Source: Actinoplanes sp. (GTDB taxonomy: Bacteria; Actinomycetota; Actinomycetes; Mycobacteriales; Micromonosporaceae). Taken from it: a DNA stretch of 59,771 nt. The notes beneath the pieces are model-generated. The model was not told the DNA's origin. It worked only from the letters and a program-made list of their open reading frames with translations, and searched no databases. Shown here in pieces: positions 1 through 9,110 of the stretch. A program made the translations under genes and the position numbers. Position 1 is the first letter of the stretch. Each line of letters opens with the position of its first letter. The stretch is taken from positions 1 to 59,771 of the forward strand of contig DATMVU010000678.1 in assembly GCA_035562875.1 (NCBI GenBank), in the 5' to 3' direction.

Positions 1-120
1 CAAAATGTTGCCAAAGGAATTCCCAACCCATCCCGGTAAGGACAGGCCGAGGTAATGCCATATTGGCACTGGCTTATCTAGCACCCTGTTGAGTTCTCAA
101 AAAACAACCGCACACCTTCA
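1..120 (-). other. rRNA operon 5' leader upstream of 16S (16S gene itself lies outside the window)
   Basis: The minus strand reads GTGTGCGGTTGTTTTTTGAGAACTCAACAG, the BoxA-type leader motif typical of actinobacterial rrn operons. The segment is AT-richer, non-coding and lies downstream of strong promoters. Confidence 0.8.
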
Positions 121-162
121 ACCGTTACGCTTTCGCGTCCCAGCCCCCGGGGCACTCGCTCT

Positions 163-191
163 ACTCTACTAGGTCTTCCCGGCGTTGTCAA
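163..191 (-). promoter_or_regulatory. sigma70-type rrn promoter, TTGACA-17bp-TAGAGT
   Basis: Perfect -35 (186-191) and TANNNT -10 (163-168) with a 17 bp spacer, pointing into the rrn leader. Confidence 0.8.
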
Positions 192-351
192 CCGGTTTAT
201 CCCGGTCGATCCCGATCTGCCCTAGTACATCCCCAGCACCAAGCGCACGGTCAGACCGTGTTCCAGATCCAGAGGATTTACTGCTTGTCCTGCAGGACGG
301 CCGGTGCGGATCTCTCCGCTTGCCTCGCCCGTTTCCCCGCTGGCTTGCAAA

Positions 352-380
352 ACATTACCCGCCCGTTCCCTGCGCTCCAA
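352..380 (-). promoter_or_regulatory. Second, upstream rrn promoter candidate, TTGGAG-17bp-TAATGT
   Basis: -35 at 375-380 and -10 at 352-357 with a 17 bp spacer; tandem promoters are usual for rrn operons. Confidence 0.55.
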
Positions 381-465
381 ATCGGGGGTCACCCTCAGTC
401 GTTTCCCCAGTTCAAGCCGGGTAAAGACAAGATCAAGAAGGTGACCCCGGAGCGGGAGGAGAAGG

Positions 466-1821
466 TCAGGCGAGCGCCTTCAGGGCGTCACCGATGCCGC
501 GATGGAAGGTCGGGTAGGCCCAGATCTGGCTGGCCAGCGTCGCCAGCGGCACCTCGCCGTGGATCGCCACCGCCAGGGCACCGATCATCTCGCCGCCGGC
601 GGGCCCGGCTGTGGTCGCACCGACGAGCCGTCCCGAGGAGGCGATCACCTTGATGAAGCCTTCGTTGCCGGGGCCGTGCACAAATCCCCGGGAGGTGGAC
701 GGGAGCGGAACCTGGCCGACCCGGACATCGCCGCCGGCAGCCCGGGCCTGCTTCTCGGTGACCCCGACGGCACCGATCTCCGGGTCGAGGAAGGTGACCC
801 GGGGCAGCGCGCGGTAGTCGGCTCCGGGCCCGTCCTGGCCGAGGATGTCCCGGACGGCGATGTCCGCTTCGTACATCGCCATGTGGGTGAAGGCCCCGTG
901 GCCGGTGACGTCACCGACGGCCCACACCTTGTCGGCGGCACGCATCCGGTCGTCGGTGTCCAGGAAGCGGGCGGTGGGGTCGAGGCCGATGGTCTCCAGG
1001 CCGAGATCTTTCAGACGGGCGGTACGGCCGGTCGCCACCAGCAGTTTCTCGCCGGTGACGGTGCTGCCGTCGTCGAGGGTGACGGTGAAGCCGCCCGCAT
1101 ACACCACCGACGAGGCGTGCACACCGGTACGCACGGTGACCCCGTCTGCGGTGAGGACAGTGGCGGCGAGCTCGGAGGACTCGGGTTCCTCCATGGCCAG
1201 GACCCGGTCGGATCCCTCGACGATCGTGACCTGGACGCCGAAACGGGCGAAGACCTGGGCGAACTCGCAGCCGATCGCTCCGCCGCCGAGGATGACCAGG
1301 GAGGCCGGCAGGACCGTGGTCTCGACAGCGTCACGGTTGGTCCAGTACGGGGTCCCGGCCAGCCCGTCGATCGGTGGGATGAAGGCCGCGGTGCCGGTGG
1401 CGACCACCAGGCCACGGGAGGCTACGAACGACTGGTCGCCGACACGGACCGTGCCGGGGCCGGTGACCGTGGCGGTCCCCCGTACAAAATGGCCGCCTTT
1501 GCTGGTGAAACGGTCGACGGCCACCTTGTCGTCCCAGTTGTCGGTGGCCTGCTCCCGGATCCGGCGGGCGACCGGCGCCCAGTCGGGGGTGACCGTCGAC
1601 GTGCCGGCCAGCTCGGGGATCCGGCGCGCTTCGGCCACCGCGGAGCCGGCCCGGACCATCATCTTGGTGGGGATACATCCCCAGTACGGGCATTCGCCGC
1701 CGACCAGCCGGTGTTCGACACCGACCACGTCGAGGCCGGCCGCGGCGAGCCGGCCGCCGGCCTCCTCGCCGCCCACGCCGAGCCCGACGACCACCACGTC
1801 CACGTTCCGCACGTCAGCCAT
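466..1821 (-). CDS. Class I pyridine nucleotide-disulfide oxidoreductase (dihydrolipoamide dehydrogenase/mercuric reductase-like)
   Basis: GxGxxG FAD motif, redox GGECPYWGCIPTK, NAD-binding GGGAIG, GD motif and C-terminal dimerisation domain (AYPT). Confidence 0.9.
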   Translation of the reverse strand: MADVRNVDVVVVGLGVGGEEAGGRLAAAGLDVVGVEHRLVGGECPYWGCIPTKMMVRAGSAVAEARRIPELAGTSTVTPDWAPVARRIREQATDNWDDKVAVDRFTSKGGHFVRGTATVTGPGTVRVGDQSFVASRGLVVATGTAAFIPPIDGLAGTPYWTNRDAVETTVLPASLVILGGGAIGCEFAQVFARFGVQVTIVEGSDRVLAMEEPESSELAATVLTADGVTVRTGVHASSVVYAGGFTVTLDDGSTVTGEKLLVATGRTARLKDLGLETIGLDPTARFLDTDDRMRAADKVWAVGDVTGHGAFTHMAMYEADIAVRDILGQDGPGADYRALPRVTFLDPEIGAVGVTEKQARAAGGDVRVGQVPLPSTSRGFVHGPGNEGFIKVIASSGRLVGATTAGPAGGEMIGALAVAIHGEVPLATLASQIWAYPTFHRGIGDALKALA

Positions 1822-1895
1822 GCACCACAAGCTAACGACTGGGCGCAGATCCCGCCGGAGGAAGTGTTGACGGACGCAACCACCGGCGGGATCCG

Positions 1896-3188
1896 CTAGT
1901 CCCGCAACCAGACCGCTTCGTCACGCTGCGACTCGAGCGGCTTGGGGTAATCCAGACCGGACAGCCGCCAGGGCTGGTGGACGGCCGGACCGTCGATGCT
2001 CTTGAGTTCGGGTACGTAGCGACGAACGTACACGCCATCGGGGTCGAATCGGAGTGCCTGCCGGATCGGGTTCAAGCGACTGTAGGGCCGGGTGTCGTTG
2101 CCGGTGCCGGCGGTCCACTGCCAGTTGCCGGAGTTGTTGGGCACGTCGCCGTCGAGCAGGTGGCGGAAGAACCAGGAGACGCCGAGCCGCCAGTCGATGC
2201 CGAGATGTTTGGTGAGGAAGGCGGCGGTGATCAGCCGGGCCCGGTTGTGCATCCAGCCCTCTTCGCGGAGCTGGCGCATGCCCGCGTCGACGACCGGAAC
2301 TCCGGTGAGGCCGTCCTGCCAGTGTTTCAGGGCGTCGTCGTCGTGGCGCCAGTCCTTGTCTGCGGCGGGGCGCAGGGCTTCGGTGGAGAGTTTCGGATGG
2401 ACCCGCGCGACCTGGTAGTAGAAGTCGCGCCAGCAGAGCTGCCGCACAAAGGCGTCGTGCTCTCGGCCGGCTCGGGCCAGGGTCAATGGAGAGAGACAAC
2501 CCCAGCGCAGGTACGGGGACAGCCGACTGGTGTCGTCGGCGGCCAGGTCGTCGTGCGCGTCTTCGTACCCGCTGATGCCCTGCCGCAGCCAACCGCTGAG
2601 CCGCCGCTGCGCCGCGCTCTCGCCGCCCTCGCCGGGCCCGTCCGGCGCCGCCGGGAGACGGCCGACAGCGAGCCCGCTCGGCAGAGTGATCCGTTTCGGT
2701 CTCGGCGCCTCGGTTCGCCATTGCCGCGCCGACCACGCCCGGTAATAGGGGGTGAAGACCTTGTAGCACTCTCCGCCGCTACCGGGCCGCAGGTCACCGG
2801 GTTCGACAACGGTGAGGCCGGGGTGGAGTTCGAGGTTGATGCGGTGGCGTTCGCTCTCCTCCTTCAAACGGCTTTCCCGGCGTACGGCGTACGTGCTGAC
2901 GTCGGCAGCCATGGTGATCGTCTCGGCGCCGGTCTCCCGGGCCACCGCGATCGTCTCGGCGATCGGATCGCCGGTGCGCACGACCAGGTCACCGCCGATG
3001 CCGCGGAGGTTCTCCCGCAGGTCGGCGAGGCTCTGGTGAAGGAAGCGGGTGCGGTTCGGCGAGAGGTCGGCGAGTTTCGGGTCGAGGATGTAGAGCGGGA
3101 CCACCCGGTCGGCGCTGGCTGCCGCGGCGAGGGCCGGATTGTCGTGCAGGCGCAGGTCCCGGGTGAACACGACGACAGCGGTGCCCAT
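1896..3188 (-). CDS. phr: Deoxyribodipyrimidine photolyase (cryptochrome/photolyase family)
   Basis: RDLRLHDNPAL, TSRLSPYLRWG, WRDFY, GWMHNRAR, NNSGNWQW motifs. Confidence 0.93.
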   Translation of the reverse strand: MGTAVVVFTRDLRLHDNPALAAAASADRVVPLYILDPKLADLSPNRTRFLHQSLADLRENLRGIGGDLVVRTGDPIAETIAVARETGAETITMAADVSTYAVRRESRLKEESERHRINLELHPGLTVVEPGDLRPGSGGECYKVFTPYYRAWSARQWRTEAPRPKRITLPSGLAVGRLPAAPDGPGEGGESAAQRRLSGWLRQGISGYEDAHDDLAADDTSRLSPYLRWGCLSPLTLARAGREHDAFVRQLCWRDFYYQVARVHPKLSTEALRPAADKDWRHDDDALKHWQDGLTGVPVVDAGMRQLREEGWMHNRARLITAAFLTKHLGIDWRLGVSWFFRHLLDGDVPNNSGNWQWTAGTGNDTRPYSRLNPIRQALRFDPDGVYVRRYVPELKSIDGPAVHQPWRLSGLDYPKPLESQRDEAVWLRD

Positions 3189-4075
3189 CAGGCCGCCAGC
3201 TGGACCGGCGTGCCGGGCCGGGTGAGGAGGCTGCGGACGGCGACTGCGGCCCGGCGGTGGTGGGGAACCGTGGCGCGGCGGCGGAACACGTCGTGGTCGA
3301 GGGCTTCGATCTCGTCGAGGATGCCGCCGTAGAGCTGGTAGGCGGTGCGCATGCAGGCCTGGGAGGCGGGTTCGAGCAGTGGGACGCCGGGGGCGGCCAG
3401 GGTGTAGTGCTCGCGGGCGCGGGCCACTTCGGCCTTGATGAGTCGTTTGATCGGCGGGGTGGCGATGCCGCGGCGCAGGTCGTCGACGGTCACGCCGTAC
3501 TCGTCGAGGTGTTCCTGTGGCAGGTAGACGCGACCGCGGTCGAGGTCTTCGGCGATGTCCCGGATGAAGTTGGTGAGCTGGAAGGCGAAGCCGAGCTGGC
3601 GGGCCGGTTCGCGGGCGGCGGCCGGGTCGGAGGAGCCGAGGATGGGCAGCATCATCGTGCCGATGACGGCGGCCGAGCCCTCCATGTAGTCGAGTAGGTC
3701 GTCGTAGGTGGGGTAGGCGGTGACCGTGATGTCCATCGCCATGCTGCGCAGGAACTTCTCAAAGTCGTCGAGGTCCAGGTCGAAGACTGCGATGGTGTGC
3801 AGGACGGCGGGGAGCAGCGGGTCGTCGGTGTGGGTGCCGCGGAGTCCGGCGAGGAAGCGGTCGCCCCATGCGGTGAGTTCGGCGGCGCGTTCGGCGGGGG
3901 GCTTCGACTCGGTTCGGTCGACGATTTCGTCCGCATATCGGGTGAATCCGTAGAGGGCGTGGACATGTCGCCGCTTCCACGCCGGTAGCAAGCGGGTCGC
4001 GAGGTAATACGTCCGCCCGTGCGCCCGATGTATCTCGCGGCAGCGCTCGTAGGCAGCTGCCAGGTCAGTCTCCAC
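3188..4075 (-). CDS. crtB: Phytoene synthase
   Basis: YGFTRYADEIVD and FQLTNFIRDIAEDLDRGRVYLP motifs. Confidence 0.93.
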   Translation of the reverse strand: METDLAAAYERCREIHRAHGRTYYLATRLLPAWKRRHVHALYGFTRYADEIVDRTESKPPAERAAELTAWGDRFLAGLRGTHTDDPLLPAVLHTIAVFDLDLDDFEKFLRSMAMDITVTAYPTYDDLLDYMEGSAAVIGTMMLPILGSSDPAAAREPARQLGFAFQLTNFIRDIAEDLDRGRVYLPQEHLDEYGVTVDDLRRGIATPPIKRLIKAEVARAREHYTLAAPGVPLLEPASQACMRTAYQLYGGILDEIEALDHDVFRRRATVPHHRRAAVAVRSLLTRPGTPVQLAA

Positions 4076-4144
4076 GTCCGGTCCTCCGGCTAAATCGACG
4101 CACGAATCGACGCAACTTCAAAAAGTTAGGGTACGGTACTGAGC

Positions 4145-5215
4145 GTGGCCAATCACACCCTCGAGGGAAATCGTCTCGAAGCGATCCCTCGCCAGCCGGT
4201 CTCGCATCGAGCGCTGATCGGCGCCGTCGAGGGCACGCTGGCCGACTTCCTCGCCTGTCAGATCGCCTCCCTGGACACCGTCGACCCGGCTCTCGGTGGC
4301 TTCGCGCGCACCGCCCGGGACATGGTCATGGCGGGGGGTAAACGAATCAGGCCGACCTTCGCCTACTGGGGCTGGCGGGGCGTCGCCGGATCCAGCGAAC
4401 CCGTCGAAGGACTGTTACCCGCTCTGGGCGCACTCGAACTCATGCACACGTTCGCGCTGGTCCACGACGACCTGATGGACGGCTCCGCCACCCGGCGCGG
4501 CCAGCCCACCGCACAACGGATCTTCGCCGCCCAGCACGGTGAACAGTTCGGTAACGCAGCCGGGATCCTGGTCGGCGACCTCTGCCTGGTCTGGGCCGAC
4601 CAACTACTGGCCCGCACCGACGTGCCCGCGCCGGTGCTGCTGGAGGTCCGGGCCCGGTACGACCGGATGCGGGTGGAGGCCATCGCCGGGCAGTACCTGG
4701 ACGTCCTCGGGGAGACCGTGCCGTCGTCGTGGTCGGTTGAACGGGCGCTGCTGGTGGCCCGGCACAAGACAGCCAGTTACACGGTGCAGTGGCCACTCGG
4801 CTTCGGTCTGGCGCTCGCCGCCTGCGCCCAGGCCGACGTGGAGGAGGCGTACCGGGTCTACGGTCTGGCCGTGGGTGAGGCCTTCCAGCTCCGCGACGAC
4901 CTGCTCGGCGTCTACGGCGACCCCGTGGTCACCGGCAAACCGGCCTGCGACGACCTGCGCACCGGCAAACCGACCACCCTGCTGATGCTGGCCCGCCAGA
5001 TGGCGACCCCGGCACAGCTCGACGAACTGACCACGGCCGGGATCCCCCGGCAGGCGGAGATCATCACCGCGACCGGGGCGCCGGCCCGGGTCGAGGAGAT
5101 GATCCGCGACCGGGTCGAGACGGGCATCGCCGCGATCGCCGAGGCGCCGATCCGGCCCGACGCGCGAGCGGCTCTGATAGACCTGGCAACCGCCACCACG
5201 TACCGCCCGGCATGA
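4145..5215 (+). CDS. crtE: Polyprenyl (geranylgeranyl) diphosphate synthase
   Basis: GGKRIRP, first Asp-rich motif LVHDDLMD..RRG, second motif FQLRDD; carotenoid gene context. Confidence 0.9.
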   Translation: MANHTLEGNRLEAIPRQPVSHRALIGAVEGTLADFLACQIASLDTVDPALGGFARTARDMVMAGGKRIRPTFAYWGWRGVAGSSEPVEGLLPALGALELMHTFALVHDDLMDGSATRRGQPTAQRIFAAQHGEQFGNAAGILVGDLCLVWADQLLARTDVPAPVLLEVRARYDRMRVEAIAGQYLDVLGETVPSSWSVERALLVARHKTASYTVQWPLGFGLALAACAQADVEEAYRVYGLAVGEAFQLRDDLLGVYGDPVVTGKPACDDLRTGKPTTLLMLARQMATPAQLDELTTAGIPRQAEIITATGAPARVEEMIRDRVETGIAAIAEAPIRPDARAALIDLATATTYRPA

Positions 5216-5231
5216 GTCTTTGGAGCTTGAA

Positions 5232-6713
5232 GTGCGAACTGTGACCGGACCCACCGATCGTGTCGTCATCGTCGGCGCGGGCCTCGGCGGGCTGGCAACC
5301 GCGCTACACCTGGCCGCGGCCGGACGGCAGGTCACCGTCGTCGAACGGGAGCCGGTCCCCGGCGGGCGGGCCGGGCGACTGTCGGCCGGCGGGTACGAGT
5401 TCGACACCGGACCCACCGTGCTGACCATGCCCGAACTGATCGCCGCACCCCTCAACGCCGTCGGTGAGAACCTGAGCGACTGGCTGGAACTGACCCCGCT
5501 CGACCCGGCGTACCGGGCGTACTACCCGGACGGTTCCACCCTCGACGTGCGCACCGACACCACCCGGATGGCCGCCGAGATCGCCCGCGTCTGCGGCTCC
5601 CGCGAAGCCGACGGCTACCTGCGGTTCGTCGACTTCACCAGGCAGCTGTGGCAGCTCGAACGCGACCACTTCATCGACAAGAACCTCGACACCCCGCTCG
5701 ACCTGATGAACCTCAACCTGCTGAAACTGCTCGGCCTGGGCGCGTTCCGGCGGTTGCAGCCGAAGATCGACCAGTACTTCCGCGACCCGCGTACCCAACG
5801 GATCTTCTCGTTCCAGGCGATGTATGCCGGACTGGCCCCGCACGACGCGCTCGCCATCTACGCCGTCATCGCCTACCTGGACTCGGTCGCCGGCGTCTAC
5901 TTCCCGAAGGGTGGCATGCACGCCGTCCCGAAGGCGATGGCCGGGGCCGCAGAGAAACACGGGGTCACGTTCCGTTACGACACCACCGTCGAGCGGGTAA
6001 CTGTCGCCAACGGTCGCGCGACAGGCGTGCTGACCACCGACGGTGAGCACATCCCGGCCGACGCGGTGGTCCTCAACCCCGACCTGCCGATCGCCTACCG
6101 CGACCTGCTGCCCGCCCGCCGCCAGCGCAAACTGCGCTACTCGCCGTCCTGCGTGGTGCTGCACATCGGCTCCGACCGGTCCTATTCCAAAATCGCACAC
6201 CACAACATCCATTTCGGTACGGCGTGGAAGGGCACCTTCGACGAGGTGATCCGCAAAGGTCTCCTGATGAGCGAACCGTCACTGTTGGTGACCAATCCTT
6301 CGCACAGTGACCCGTCGGTGGCCCCCGAGGGCAGACAGACCTACTACGTACTCGCCCCCACCCCCAACCTGGAAGCCGGGCCGATCGACTGGCACGGTGG
6401 CATGGGCCGGCGCTACGCCGACGAGATCATGGGCGTCCTGGAGAACCGGGGCTACATCGGCTTCCGCGACGGCGTCGAAGTCGAACGGATCATCACCCCC
6501 GCCGACTGGGCCGACCAGGGCATGGCCGCCGGCACCCCGTTCGCGGCCGCGCACACGTTCGCCCAGACCGGGCCGTTCCGCCCGTCGAACATGCACCCCA
6601 GCCTGCCCAACGTCGTCTTCACCGGCTCCGGAACCCAGCCTGGCGTCGGCGTACCGATGGTGCTGATCTCCGGAAAGCTGGCCGCCTCCCGGATCACCGG
6701 GGTCGCGTCATGA
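5232..6713 (+). CDS. crtI: Phytoene desaturase
   Basis: GAGLGGL FAD motif, FDTGPTVLT, QPGVGVPMVLISG C-terminus. GTG 5232 follows a GGAG RBS; TTG 5220 is an alternative start. Confidence 0.93.
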   Translation: MRTVTGPTDRVVIVGAGLGGLATALHLAAAGRQVTVVEREPVPGGRAGRLSAGGYEFDTGPTVLTMPELIAAPLNAVGENLSDWLELTPLDPAYRAYYPDGSTLDVRTDTTRMAAEIARVCGSREADGYLRFVDFTRQLWQLERDHFIDKNLDTPLDLMNLNLLKLLGLGAFRRLQPKIDQYFRDPRTQRIFSFQAMYAGLAPHDALAIYAVIAYLDSVAGVYFPKGGMHAVPKAMAGAAEKHGVTFRYDTTVERVTVANGRATGVLTTDGEHIPADAVVLNPDLPIAYRDLLPARRQRKLRYSPSCVVLHIGSDRSYSKIAHHNIHFGTAWKGTFDEVIRKGLLMSEPSLLVTNPSHSDPSVAPEGRQTYYVLAPTPNLEAGPIDWHGGMGRRYADEIMGVLENRGYIGFRDGVEVERIITPADWADQGMAAGTPFAAAHTFAQTGPFRPSNMHPSLPNVVFTGSGTQPGVGVPMVLISGKLAASRITGVAS

Positions 6714-7297
6714 CCTCCCGGGAACAGGACCTGGTCGAACTCGTCGACGAACACGGCACCACCAGCGGGACCGCGACAGTGGCCGACGCCCACGAATCAC
6801 CCGGGTTGCTGCACCGGGCGTTCTCGGTCTTCCTGCGCGACCCGTCCGGGAAAGTGCTGCTGCAACAGCGGGCCGCCGTGAAGACCCGGTTCCCGCTGCG
6901 ATGGGGCAACACCTGCTGCGGGCATCCCTCCCCCGGTGAGGAGGTCACCGTCTCCGCGGGGCGGCGGCTCACCGAGGAGCTCGGGATCGCGCCGGTCGCT
7001 CTTCGAGAGGTCGGCGTCTACGTGTACTTCGCCGAGGACCCGATCACCGGGCGGGTCGAACGGGAGTACGACCACGTGCTGCTCGGGGAGATTCCCGCCG
7101 GCGTCGAATTCCGGCCGGATCCCGGTGAAGTGGCACGACTGCGGTGGATCGAGGTCGAGGAACTGCTGACGGAGACCGGGCGGGCTCCGGAGGCATACGC
7201 GCCCTGGCTCGACGGGGTGGCCCGGAGCTTGGCCGCCTCCACCGCCGGGGTCGACTCCGCCGCTTTCATGACCGAGCGGCGGACGGGTGGGCAATGA
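6710..7297 (+). CDS. idi: Isopentenyl-diphosphate delta-isomerase type 1
   Basis: LHRAFSVF, WGNTCCGHP, EREYDHV motifs. Confidence 0.93.
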   Translation: MTSREQDLVELVDEHGTTSGTATVADAHESPGLLHRAFSVFLRDPSGKVLLQQRAAVKTRFPLRWGNTCCGHPSPGEEVTVSAGRRLTEELGIAPVALREVGVYVYFAEDPITGRVEREYDHVLLGEIPAGVEFRPDPGEVARLRWIEVEELLTETGRAPEAYAPWLDGVARSLAASTAGVDSAAFMTERRTGGQ

Positions 7298-8258
7298 CGG
7301 CCTGAGTGCCGGGGCCGCGGCGCGACGTCTCGGCGTCGCGGTGACCACCCTGCGGACCTGGCACCAGAGGTACGGGCTCGGGCCCAGCCGGCACGAACCC
7401 GGGCACCATCGGCGCTACACCCGTGAAGACATGGTCCGGCTGCAGGTCATGCAACGCCTCACCGAGCAGGGGGTGGCGCCCGCGGAGGCCGCCGCGTGGG
7501 CTCGCCGGTCCCCCGACATGACAGCGCATCCGGTGGTCGCCGGCGAGCCGGACGGTGGCGTACCGGCAATCGCCGGGTCTGACCTTGGTGCGACAGGTCC
7601 GGCTCGGCTGGGACCGGCCGGGGGTGGGCAGACCATCGCCCTCGGTCCGCACGCCGACCCGGTCGCCCGCGGACTGGCCCGGGCCGCCATGCGACTGGAC
7701 GGGCCGGCGATGCGGCACATCCTGGACGCCTCAGTCGCCGGACGGGGCGTGATCCCCACCTGGGAACACGTGATGATGCCGGTGCTGATCGGGGTCGGTG
7801 AGCGGTACGAGGCCACCAAACGTTTCGTCGAAGTCGAGCATCTGCTCTCCCGCTCGATCACCGAATCACTGAGCGGCGTACCCCGCCCGTCCCGGGAGAT
7901 CACCCCACGGGCCCTGCTGGCCGCAGCCGCCGAGGAACAGCACACCCTGCCGTTGGAGGCACTGGCCGCCGCACTGGCCGAGGCCGGAGTCCCCAGCCGG
8001 ATGCTGGGTGCCCGGCTGCCGTCGCGGGCGCTGCTGGACGCGGTGGAACGTACCGGCCCCGTGGTGGTGGTCCTGTGGTCCCAGCTGCCGTCCACCGGCG
8101 AGGTGGCCCAGTGGGAACGACTGCTGGCCCTGCCGCACCCGCCACTGGTGCTCGCCGCTGCCGGACCGGGCTGGCCGGCCCCCGATCTGCCCCCCGCAGT
8201 GACCGTCTTCCGGAGCCTCACCGAGGCGGTCCTCATCGTCGCCGCCGCCTGCCGTTGA
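7287..8258 (+). CDS. MerR-family regulator with cobalamin-binding domain (LitR/CarH-like)
   Basis: N-terminal MerR HTH (TLRTWHQRYGL..HRRY), helical-bundle VEH, B12-binding EQHTLP..LG; adjacent to crt genes and photolyase. Confidence 0.85.
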   Translation: MGNDGLSAGAAARRLGVAVTTLRTWHQRYGLGPSRHEPGHHRRYTREDMVRLQVMQRLTEQGVAPAEAAAWARRSPDMTAHPVVAGEPDGGVPAIAGSDLGATGPARLGPAGGGQTIALGPHADPVARGLARAAMRLDGPAMRHILDASVAGRGVIPTWEHVMMPVLIGVGERYEATKRFVEVEHLLSRSITESLSGVPRPSREITPRALLAAAAEEQHTLPLEALAAALAEAGVPSRMLGARLPSRALLDAVERTGPVVVVLWSQLPSTGEVAQWERLLALPHPPLVLAAAGPGWPAPDLPPAVTVFRSLTEAVLIVAAACR

Positions 8259-8305
8259 CGTTTTACCTGGTCAGAGGCAGTGCCGCAGAAAAGGGGGATA
8301 CCGAT

Positions 8306-8335
8306 TTGAAGATCAGTAGGGGCATCGTATATGTT
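8306..8335 (+). promoter_or_regulatory. Promoter candidate for the tRNA cluster, TTGAAG-18bp-TATGTT
   Basis: AT-rich patch ~95 bp upstream of tRNA-Glu. Confidence 0.5.
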
Positions 8336-8428
8336 TTACATGCCTCAAGCGGGGGGCGCGAGAAGGGCCCGAACGACCCAGGCCTTGCCGATCACGCAAC
8401 CAGCGTGGTGTGCAATGATGGTTCAGAT

Positions 8429-8501
8429 GCCCTCATCGTCTAGTGGCCTAGGACGCCGCCCTTTCAAGGCGGTAGCACGGGTTCGAATCCCGTTGGGGGT
8501 A
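8429..8501 (+). tRNA. tRNA-Glu(TTC)
   Basis: Acceptor GCCCTCA/TGGGGGT, anticodon arm CCGCC-CTTTCAA-GGCGG, T-loop GGTTCGAATCC. Confidence 0.95.
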
Positions 8502-8566
8502 CTGGTAAGTTACCAGCTAAGCTGGTGACGAACCGAGCAAGGTAAGGTTAGACAGCAGTACAGCAA

Positions 8567-8640
8567 GGTCCTGTGGAGCAGTTGGAGTGCTCGCCGCCCT
8601 GTCAAGGCGGAGGTCGCGGGTTCAAGTCCCGTCAGGACCG
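8567..8640 (+). tRNA. tRNA-Asp(GTC)
   Basis: Acceptor GGTCCTG/CAGGACC, anticodon loop CTGTCAA, T-loop GGTTCAAGTCC. Confidence 0.95.
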
Positions 8641-8654
8641 CAACAAATATTTAC

Positions 8655-8731
8655 GGCCAGGTAGCTCAGTTGGTACGAGCGTCCGACTGAAAATCGGAAG
8701 GTCGGCGGTTCGACCCCGCCCCTGGCCACCA
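8655..8731 (+). tRNA. tRNA-Phe(GAA), CCA encoded
   Basis: Acceptor GGCCAGG/CCTGGCC-ACCA, anticodon loop CTGAAAA, GGTTCGACCC. Confidence 0.95.
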
Positions 8732-8796
8732 GGCCCCTCGCCGGGCACTGAGCACCGTCCACCTGCTGAAAAGCACGGTGGACGTTTTGCTTTCCA
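8719..8796 (+). repeat. Direct repeat copy 1: tRNA-Phe 3' end plus GAAA-loop hairpin
   Basis: CCCCTGGCCACCAGGC..CGCCGGGCACTG.GCACCGTCCACCTGCTGAAAAGCACGGTGGAC recurs at ~10010-10087. Confidence 0.9.
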
Positions 8797-9110
8797 GCCT
8801 CGTTCAACTCCTCGAAGTTGACCTCTGAGGACCCCGGATTCCCCATGATCACTGTTCCAAGTGGCATGTTCGATGCACGCCGGTCCACCCTCTCATCGCC
8901 GCAGTCGGTCGTCGCCCAGGAGGATGACGTGTGCCACATCGAGCCCTCGGCGCTGCGCAACTGACACGGCCACGCACACGCCGCAAGGGGGCCCATTCTG
9001 TGGCAAGCCGCAAAGCGGCACGGCAGCAACTTCACGGTGACCATCCGGCGTGCGGCGGCAATGTACGTTCGGGAGCCGTTCGTGCCGATGATCTTCGAAG
9101 GTAGTGATTC

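Noticed and set aside
1-120. Mature 16S rRNA sequence
   Set aside because: Only leader sequence is visible; the conserved 16S 5' end (AGAGTTTGATC) is not in the window.
466-1821. Mercuric reductase MerA with the MerR-family gene as a mer operon
   Set aside because: No C-terminal Cys-Cys pair, and the MerR-family protein is a B12-binding type.
8331-8821. Short ORFs 8331-8528 and 8573-8821
   Set aside because: They overlap tRNA genes.
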